A DNA stretch of 64,000 bases. It comes from Planctomycetota bacterium. GTDB lineage: Bacteria; Planctomycetota; UBA8108; SXIK01. A program made the translations under genes and the position numbers. The stretch lies in NCBI GenBank assembly GCA_965223265.1, contig OZ244999.1:1888001-1952000 (forward strand). Reading direction: 5' to 3'. Position 1 is the stretch's first letter; each line of letters begins with the position of its first letter. Below, in pieces: positions 56,840 to 64,000 of the stretch. Under the pieces are notes generated by a model, which was not told the origin of the DNA, did not search any database, and saw only the letters and a program-made list of their open reading frames with translations.

Positions 56840-59176
56840 TCAGAATCTCCCAGAGAGCGAGCGCGGCTTGACCAGGAGTCGCTCCGCTTCGCTGATCAGA
56901 AAGTCAGCGTCGGTGAACGGCTCGAAGCTCACGTCCTGCCAAAGCACTTTTCCCTCAGCGTCGAGGAGAAAGGTGCCGTGAAGAGGTTGGTTCTCGAAGT
57001 CGTCGTAGGCGCGGTAGCGCTTGAAGATCTCCATGTCGGGATCTGCGACAAGGGGAAATGGGAAGGCGCCCTCGACCGTCTCCGCGAACGTCTTGAGCGA
57101 CTTCTGCAGCTCCTCCTTGCTGTCAGTGCTGACGGCGACGAGGTCGACTCCCGCCGCCTTGAAGTCGCCCGTCCGTGGCGCAAACGTCGTCAACTGCTCG
57201 ATACAGTGCAGGCAGCCGTAGCCAAGGTAGAAGATGACGATGACGGGCTTGCCCAGATAGTCGCTCAGGCTCACGAGCTCTCCGGAATCGCTGGGAAGCC
57301 TCCACGGCGGCGCCTCGGGCGGGGACCAGCGAAACGGTCCGAGGCTGGCTAGCTCCGGGCGCTCGCCAACATCCTCGGCGACGGGGCGTTCGACACGCCA
57401 GTCTTCAGGCAACCCGAGCCGCCGAGCGATCGGCTTCAAGCGAACAAAGGGCGGTGTGTCCAGATCGATCGCAGCAGAGAGTTCGCGCAGCTTCTCGAAT
57501 GCCGACGCCGCGGCATCGTGCTGCCCGTCGCGGTCTAGGAGGTCGGCATAGTTTGCTAGGGGGATGACCTCGCCTTCGCCCTCATCGACTGCGGACTTCG
57601 CCATCTCGATCGCTCGTGCCGGTCGTCCGGCGGCGAAATAGAGCTGAGCCAGTCGTGTGTCGTCGAGTCCTTTGACGTTCGCTAACTTGTCGATGGCAGC
57701 ATCGTTGGCGTCAAGAAGCAGATCGCGGTAAGCGCGTAGCTCGAGAAGCATGTTTTTGACGCCATTGATGTCGTCGCCAAAGGGTTTGACGGCCGCCAAG
57801 CGGGCTTTGTGGATTTCTTCGCGTGGCAGATTTTTCTCGCGTGCTTCCTCTACCGCTTTCTTACGCGCCCCCTTGCGTTCACCGCGCAGCTCTTTGACGT
57901 GCGTCTTCAGCGCCGCGATCTGTTGCTGCAGTTCGTCATGATTTCCTTTGGCGAAGTGAGCGGCGCCGAGCGCTCGCAGTCGGCGTCGTTGGCGCTGCTT
58001 GATGTTCGTCTCTTCTAAATACACGGTCTTCGACAGTGCGATCAACTCATCCCAAAGCTCGTAACGCTCGAGAAGTTCGAAGAGCCGCGCTCGGCCGTAG
58101 CTGGCGCTGCGGCCGCTCATCTCCAGCGTGTTGTATTTCGGGTGGCGCGGCAGTTCGATCATGTTCTTGGTGAGCGCGATGCCGTCGTGAACACGTCCGA
58201 TGTGGCTGAGATTACGAGTCAGCCATTCGTTGTTGTGAGCGAAATTTGTGATCTGGTCCGGGAGCACCCGATCGCGTTCCATCTGGCGGTGATCGACGCG
58301 AGCGGAAGCTTCTTGCTGCCATGCTGCGTCGGCATAGCGCTTCAGGCGCGAGAAAATGTGTCCCGACATGTGCCACTGGTGGGCGATGCTCGGTGACGAT
58401 TGCCCAGACCTGGCTGCCGACGGCAGAGCGCGTTCGGGTTTCTCGCGATCCCAAAGGTGGATCTTGTAGTGGTGGGCGGGATGCATCGGTTCAACTGCGA
58501 AGATCTGCGCCAGGAGAGCGTCGACCGCTTCGTGACTGGGGATGGGAAGGTCGCTCTTGAACTTCCAGATGTAGACGGCAAGGAACGCCTTCGCTTCAAT
58601 GTCGTCCGGGTACTCGTGGATGATTTCTTCGAGGCTGCGGAGGTAATTCTGCCGCCGTTTCTTGCGGTCGCCCGTGGACTCGTCGAGATACTCGGCGCGC
58701 CCTTCGATCCAGAGAGCTTCGCGTGGGTCGGCGGCGTCGATTCTGCGGACCGCCTCTTTGATGAAGCCACGCGCACGCTCGTCGTTGTTGTCGTTCGCCA
58801 TCGCCATGCCCCAGTACGCCATGGCGCAATCGGGGTCGAGAGCTGCGACCTGACGGAACGACCGTTCGGCCTCGAAGTACCAAAAGCCGTGGAGTTGTCC
58901 GACGCCTTGGGTGAAGAATGCTTGCGCCTCCGAATTCTCCGTGGAGACGGGGAAATCGACCTTGCCGGTGCCGCCCATGAGGAAGGCCTTTTGCCGCGGT
59001 CCTTCGTTGAACGCTTCACCGTGACCGGAATGCCCGGCGGGCAAGTCGCCTGTGCCCTTACGGTCAGTCTTCGCCTCCTGTGCCACCGCCGCGTACGTCC
59101 ATGTCATGAGGCACGCCGTGGTGATCCAAAGGCATGTAGAACAAGTGATTCGGAAGCCTACAGTGTGCGTTGACAA
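56840..59176 (-). CDS. Secreted TPR protein with C-terminal redoxin (AhpC/TSA) domain
   Basis: TPR motif EAERSFRQVAALDPDCAMAYWG. C-terminal VSLSDYLGKPVIVIFYLGYGCLHCIEQL. Likely start TTG 59176. Confidence 0.8.
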   Translation of the reverse strand: MSTHTVGFRITCSTCLWITTACLMTWTYAAVAQEAKTDRKGTGDLPAGHSGHGEAFNEGPRQKAFLMGGTGKVDFPVSTENSEAQAFFTQGVGQLHGFWYFEAERSFRQVAALDPDCAMAYWGMAMANDNNDERARGFIKEAVRRIDAADPREALWIEGRAEYLDESTGDRKKRRQNYLRSLEEIIHEYPDDIEAKAFLAVYIWKFKSDLPIPSHEAVDALLAQIFAVEPMHPAHHYKIHLWDREKPERALPSAARSGQSSPSIAHQWHMSGHIFSRLKRYADAAWQQEASARVDHRQMERDRVLPDQITNFAHNNEWLTRNLSHIGRVHDGIALTKNMIELPRHPKYNTLEMSGRSASYGRARLFELLERYELWDELIALSKTVYLEETNIKQRQRRRLRALGAAHFAKGNHDELQQQIAALKTHVKELRGERKGARKKAVEEAREKNLPREEIHKARLAAVKPFGDDINGVKNMLLELRAYRDLLLDANDAAIDKLANVKGLDDTRLAQLYFAAGRPARAIEMAKSAVDEGEGEVIPLANYADLLDRDGQHDAAASAFEKLRELSAAIDLDTPPFVRLKPIARRLGLPEDWRVERPVAEDVGERPELASLGPFRWSPPEAPPWRLPSDSGELVSLSDYLGKPVIVIFYLGYGCLHCIEQLTTFAPRTGDFKAAGVDLVAVSTDSKEELQKSLKTFAETVEGAFPFPLVADPDMEIFKRYRAYDDFENQPLHGTFLLDAEGKVLWQDVSFEPFTDADFLISEAERLLVKPRSLSGRF

Positions 59177-59501
59177 CGTTCGACCTTTCAGGAGTGACTT
59201 GTACCTTCGAGCGCGCGGTGTTTTCAACGAGCCACTACTGTTTTGCGGAGATCCGGCGTGGCACGCTGGTTTGTTTGCCCTTCAGTCGGGCTGTTCGTTG
59301 AACAGTTGAGCGTCAAACTGGCGTCCCGAGTCAGAAGTTGGTTCGAAGAAATCGAGTGGTCAAATCCGGTCTCGATCGAAGGCGGCGAAGAGTCTCAACA
59401 GAAGGAAACAAGGGGGACGTAGTCGCTGGAACGCTTTTGTTTGTGCCTTCGTTTCCTTGCGCTGAAGTGAGACTTCTTGCTCGAACTTTAGACTCAGCAC
59501 A

Positions 59502-60890
59502 CTAGAAAAGCTCGTGAATCGGCTCGGCGCTTTCGATCGACGTAGCGAGCTCGCGTGGTAGGTTCGTCATCAGGCGCAGTTTCGAGACGTCGAAGAGAAA
59601 ATGGAGCACGGTCGCGAAGAGATTCTCGATCGATACTGGGCGTGCGCTTGGCTCCTCCGCTTTTGACGTCGACTGGCCAATCACTTGGCCCATGCGAAGT
59701 CCGCCGCCGGCAAACGCGAGCGGGCCGAGCTGTGGCCAGTGGTCCCGGCCGCCATCCGGCTTCAACTTCGGTGTGCGCCCGAATTCGCTCGTCACGACGA
59801 GCAGGATCCTATCGCTGAGGCCGCGCTGCTCGATGTCCTCGAGAAAAGCCGACAGCGCGTGGTCGAGAGGTCGTCCGAGCGCTTCCATACCTCGCGGCAT
59901 GTCGTACTGTCTTGGTCCGCCGTGCATGTCCCAACCGCCGTTGTGCACTGTGACGAATGTCGAGCCAGCCTCGCAAAGACGTCGTGCCAGGAGGAGCTGC
60001 TCTCCAAGGCTCGAAGTTTGGAACTTGCTGAGGCCTGTTGTCCAGCGGCTCGTGTCGTAGCGTTCGACGACGCGCGAGTCCTCTTGCGAAAGGTCGAATG
60101 CGTCCCAGGCGCTTCCTAGCAGGAGATTGAAAGCCTGCCGCTCATAGTGATCGAGCGATTCCATGAGACCGCTCGCATCCGCGTCCGTCCGCAGGCGGTC
60201 CAGCGCGTGTCGCAGAGCACGGCGGTCGCCCGTGCGTGCGGCGGGAACGCGCAGTCGCAAGTTTTGATTCGCCGGCCCGTCACCCCCCGGCTCAAACGGT
60301 GCGTGGGCAGCGCCGAGGAGCGCTGCGCCTGCACCTTCGCGCAACCGCAAACGTTCCTTGTTGAATTGACGGTCGATCTCGTCAGCAGCGACGTAGACTT
60401 GCGTGGGCACGCCCGTGCGTGGGTGGTTAGCGCCGCGCAAGCGAGAGACGACGGAACCCATGCCAGCACGCGTGGGATTGCCGCCACGAATGACTTCATG
60501 CACCGCCTTGGTGTGATCAGCTACCGCATGCGAAAACGACCGCACCACGGCCAGTCGATCTGCCAGTCGCGCCAGTCGCGGCAAAGTGCCGCCGAACGTG
60601 ACGCCCGGCAGCGACGTTTTCGTCTCGCCCGAGACACTGCGATACTCGGACGGCGCGTCCATCTTGGGATCGAACGATTCGATCTGGCTCGTGCCGCCGG
60701 TCAAGAAGAGGAATACGACGGACTTGTCCCGTGCTGCATCCTCGAGCCGTAAGTCCGCTGCTTGTGCTTTCAGCTTCAAAAGAGCCGGCAGCGTCAAGCC
60801 GCCCAGACCAAGGGCGCCGACTTGCAGAAAACTGCGTCGCGAAACACCACAGCATGTTCGGTGGACGTCGCCGTTCCACAGCTCGAGCAT
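59502..60890 (-). CDS. DUF1501 family protein
   Basis: SRRSFLQVG, GGTSQIESFDPK, LLLARRLCEAG, WDMH, EFGRTP, GRDHW. Confidence 0.92.
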   Translation of the reverse strand: MLELWNGDVHRTCCGVSRRSFLQVGALGLGGLTLPALLKLKAQAADLRLEDAARDKSVVFLFLTGGTSQIESFDPKMDAPSEYRSVSGETKTSLPGVTFGGTLPRLARLADRLAVVRSFSHAVADHTKAVHEVIRGGNPTRAGMGSVVSRLRGANHPRTGVPTQVYVAADEIDRQFNKERLRLREGAGAALLGAAHAPFEPGGDGPANQNLRLRVPAARTGDRRALRHALDRLRTDADASGLMESLDHYERQAFNLLLGSAWDAFDLSQEDSRVVERYDTSRWTTGLSKFQTSSLGEQLLLARRLCEAGSTFVTVHNGGWDMHGGPRQYDMPRGMEALGRPLDHALSAFLEDIEQRGLSDRILLVVTSEFGRTPKLKPDGGRDHWPQLGPLAFAGGGLRMGQVIGQSTSKAEEPSARPVSIENLFATVLHFLFDVSKLRLMTNLPRELATSIESAEPIHELF

Positions 60891-61095
60891 CAGACTCTCT
60901 CTCCTTCGCTGCGCCAGCGAGACAGTCTATCAGAAGAGCGAGTCGGGAGCAAATCTAGGTGTGCCGTCCGTCGGCGATAGTTAGTCGTCGGGAAGGATCA
61001 AACGCCTGGGCGAGTCATAGTGTGTGTTACGATGCTGCGCATGAACATTCGGTCGGATCGGGCCATCGGGCGACCCAAATCAGGTTGAGTGGCGA

Positions 61096-64000
61096 ATGCT
61101 ACGACGATGTCTTCGCTTGGCTGTTGGCCTGACACTCGCGCTGACGGCGCGTGCCGCGGCTCAGGACTGTAACCTCAATGGCGTTGAAGACGCTGTCGAC
61201 GTCGCGCAGATGCTGAGCGCCGACTGTGATGGAGACGGGGTGCCGGACGAGTGTCAGTTGGCGCCGCCAAAGTTCGGTCCGAGCGTCGATGTCTTTGCGA
61301 TCGATGCGAACGCGCGCGGTATCATCAGCGCAGACCTCAACGGCGATGGCATTGCCGACGTCGTGACGGCGCATCAGCAACCTGGCGTCGAGCAGCTATC
61401 GTCGCTCAACGTATTCATCGTGAGTGCGTCTCGTCGTGTCGAGCCGCGCGTTGTGTACGATGCTGGGAGCGAGTTGACGGCAGTCGCCAGAGGCGATGTG
61501 GATGGAGACGGTGACTTCGATCTTGTCACCGCGAATTCGACGACGCTTTCAATCTTTGTCAACCGTGGTGACGGCAGTTTCGAGACCCCGCTGCAAGCGA
61601 GCGTGCCTCGGTTCACGCGGTTTGTCACAGTCGCCGACCTTGATGGCGATGCCCTGCCAGAGCTCATCGCGACGAACACTACGGAAGACACCGTGCTAGT
61701 GCTTGCGAACGAGGGTGGTCATGCCTTCACGGCGCCTTTGGCATACGCGGCGGGCGACAGTCCGTCGTCAGCGGCCGTCGGTGACATCAACGGCGATGGC
61801 CACCAAGATGTCGTCGTCGCGAATCGTCTCTCGAAAGATTTGACGATTTTTTTCGGTCGCGGCGACGGCGAGTTGGACGATTGGGGGGACATCGATCTAG
61901 GCGAGCGCCCGGCGACGATCACCGTGGCGGACTTCGATCGTGATGGCGCGGGCGAGGTGATGGTCGGCCTGACAGCTGTCGTTCTCTCACTGGCTTACCA
62001 GGAAGGTGAGTTCGTCGAGACGCGTCGGGTCCACCTGCGCACCCGATCGCTCGACTCGGGTGACGTAGATAGAGACGGCGACATCGACATCGTCGCGGGG
62101 ACGGCGGAAGGGCGTGGGGTTCACCTTTTGCTCAACGACGGCAGCGGAGGTTTTGGCGAAGTCCGTGTCACGAGCTCAGAGTTTTTCCATCTCGTGAGCG
62201 ACGATTTTGACGGCGATCGAGACCTCGACATCGCGCTGATCGAAGTGAATCTCGGTGAGCTCGATTTTCTCTGGAACGAGGAGCGAGGCGTCGCGTTTGA
62301 CTCGACGATTATTCGCACCTTACGCGAGGTGCATTATGCCTCCGTGGCGGACGTCGACGGAGACGGTCGCCTTGACGTCGTCACCGTGGATGGTCTGGAC
62401 AGCACGATTTCCGTCTTGGCGGGGCGCGGTGACGGTAGCTTCCGCGATCCGGTTCAATTCCCACTGGGAGCAGGAGGCCACTGGTTTTCCCTAGCGCTCG
62501 ATGACTTCAACCGTGACGGTGCTCCGGACATCGTCGCGGGCAATGCACGTAACGAGAACCTCTCGGTCCTGATCAATCAGGGCGCGGGCGAATTCTCGCG
62601 CCTCGATCTCTATCGCGCGACCGCGAATCCGTACTGGGTGGAGACCGGCGACTTCGACGCCGACGGCTTTCCTGATATCGCCGCCTCGTCGAGCCTGGGC
62701 GGCGCTGTCAGCGTTCTGCGCAATCGTGGCGACGGGACGTTTGAAGCGCGCCGAGACTTCGACGGCGGACGACCCGGAGGCTTTGGCATTTCGGTCGCTG
62801 ATCTCGACGGTGATGGTCACGTGGATATCGTGCGCCCCAGTTCCGGCAGTGGTGACCTGTCGATCCTCTACGGGCGCGGCAACATGGAATTTGATCCCCG
62901 TGCTTCCGTTCCGGCGGTGAGTAGCGTGTTTACGGTGCGAGCTGCGGACGTGGATGCTGACGGGCGACTCGACCTGCTCGTAGGTGAGGTCTCGTCTGTG
63001 TCTGTTCGGCGCAATCTTGGCGATCGAACCTTTGCGCCTGAAGAGCGATACAGTTTGCCGGGTAATCCGTACTCGATCTGGGTAGGGGATCTCGACCGTG
63101 ACGGTGTGGAGGATTTGGCCATTGCGCTCGCGCAGGTCGACGCGATTAGCATGCTACTCGGCGAGGGTGGTGGAAGGTTCTCCGTCGCGCTGACGTTCAG
63201 TGTGCGAGGGCTGCCGCGCACTGCGATTCCGGTCGATCTTGACACTGACGGCGACCTCGATTTGGTGTCGTCGAATCGTATCGACGAGTCAGTGGCGATC
63301 CTGCTCAACCAAACCGCCGTGCCCGGTGGGCAGGTCACGCACGTTGAGCAGGTCTGTACCGAGCTAGGGTTCGTGGCGGTCTCCGCCCCATCGCCGATCG
63401 AGCGCGTCGCACGGGCGACCAAGTACGTCGTTCCGGCACGCAGCGATGCCACCTTGTTGCCGCCGCTCGTAATGAACGTACAGCGCTTTCCCTTGCACCA
63501 GGAGTTTCTCACGCAGGTCTTTCCTGACCGCTTCGTCAGCTTGAACCCGGCAGAATATAGCGCCCTGGTGGCCCGCCGAGCGTCACGCGATTACTACGTC
63601 GGCGTCATCAGCCGATTGCGCGCCCCCGAGTCAGGCGCGGGGCGCATCTTCGGCTTCAATGTATTCGCCGACCTGACGGACCCTGCCGAGCTCCTGACGG
63701 AGACCGAGGTGCGGAGCGTCTACGACGAACTGCAGAGCGTTTTTGAGCTGGAGACGCTCGCCTACGCGCCCGACGCTCCCGCAGCGCGAGATGTCGCGGC
63801 AACGTGGCAGGATCCTGGCTTTCCGGTCATTCTCGATACCGGTCCCGTCGTACGCTATGAACCGTACACGCGGGCGGTTGGTTTCGGTCGCGTTCGCCTG
63901 CTGACGCGAGAGGAGTTCGACGTAGCCGATCGGAGCGGTCAATTTAGTTTCCAGAACATTCTTGTTCTCGATTTTGCGCCGAGCGACATCGAGGGCGTTG
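61096..64000 (+). CDS. Secreted FG-GAP / PPDK-like protein, paralog of 39407-44863, 3'-truncated by the window edge (absent from the ORF track)
   Basis: Manual translation from ATG 61096: MLRRCLRLAVGLTLALTARAAAQDCNLNG...DCDGDGVPDECQ, FG-GAP repeats, then RATKYVVP, LHQEFL..VFP, YEPYTRAVGFGRVRLLT and APSDIEGV, collinear with the paralog. Confidence 0.85.
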   Translation, partial: MLRRCLRLAVGLTLALTARAAAQDCNLNGVEDAVDVAQMLSADCDGDGVPDECQLAPPKFGPSVDVFAIDANARGIISADLNGDGIADVVTAHQQPGVEQLSSLNVFIVSASRRVEPRVVYDAGSELTAVARGDVDGDGDFDLVTANSTTLSIFVNRGDGSFETPLQASVPRFTRFVTVADLDGDALPELIATNTTEDTVLVLANEGGHAFTAPLAYAAGDSPSSAAVGDINGDGHQDVVVANRLSKDLTIFFGRGDGELDDWGDIDLGERPATITVADFDRDGAGEVMVGLTAVVLSLAYQEGEFVETRRVHLRTRSLDSGDVDRDGDIDIVAGTAEGRGVHLLLNDGSGGFGEVRVTSSEFFHLVSDDFDGDRDLDIALIEVNLGELDFLWNEERGVAFDSTIIRTLREVHYASVADVDGDGRLDVVTVDGLDSTISVLAGRGDGSFRDPVQFPLGAGGHWFSLALDDFNRDGAPDIVAGNARNENLSVLINQGAGEFSRLDLYRATANPYWVETGDFDADGFPDIAASSSLGGAVSVLRNRGDGTFEARRDFDGGRPGGFGISVADLDGDGHVDIVRPSSGSGDLSILYGRGNMEFDPRASVPAVSSVFTVRAADVDADGRLDLLVGEVSSVSVRRNLGDRTFAPEERYSLPGNPYSIWVGDLDRDGVEDLAIALAQVDAISMLLGEGGGRFSVALTFSVRGLPRTAIPVDLDTDGDLDLVSSNRIDESVAILLNQTAVPGGQVTHVEQVCTELGFVAVSAPSPIERVARATKYVVPARSDATLLPPLVMNVQRFPLHQEFLTQVFPDRFVSLNPAEYSALVARRASRDYYVGVISRLRAPESGAGRIFGFNVFADLTDPAELLTETEVRSVYDELQSVFELETLAYAPDAPAARDVAATWQDPGFPVILDTGPVVRYEPYTRAVGFGRVRLLTREEFDVADRSGQFSFQNILVLDFAPSDIEGV

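Noticed and set aside
1-64000. CRISPR array, tRNA, rRNA or integron attC array
   Set aside because: No regularly spaced repeats or recognisable stable-RNA motifs were seen by eye. The repeats found are dispersed and have TIRs.

Overview
GC-rich bacterial DNA, very probably from a Planctomycetota genome: it has a PSD1/DUF1553 plus DUF1501 pair, a DUF1080 protein, a PQQ-propeller/methyltransferase protein and dockerin-like C-terminal tails. No rRNA, tRNA or CRISPR array was seen. All calls come from reading motifs by eye; no database searches were run. Main contents: (1) A nested mobile-element stack at 6752-11241. An IS1634-family element (11-bp TIRs, 6-bp TSD) sits in the RT gene of a group II intron, which itself sits in the terminal inverted repeat of a ~257-bp MITE. 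A second copy of that MITE and a second MITE family occur elsewhere in the window. (2) A minus-strand cluster at 13905-25447 that looks like a complete trans-envelope electron conduit: a permuted FAD/NADPH reductase fused to a ferredoxin, a NOX-like di-heme b membrane protein, 20-heme and 10-heme cytochromes, an outer-membrane beta-barrel, HemA and an 11-heme lipoprotein (41 CxxCH motifs in total). (3) Two paralogous secreted FG-GAP proteins. The complete one (39407-44863) carries a glucan-water-dikinase-like phospho-His plus ATP-grasp module. The second (61096 to the window end) is missing from the ORF track. (4) An egtD / ABC transporter / egtB ergothioneine locus. The rest is secreted hydrolase-like, propeller and membrane proteins.
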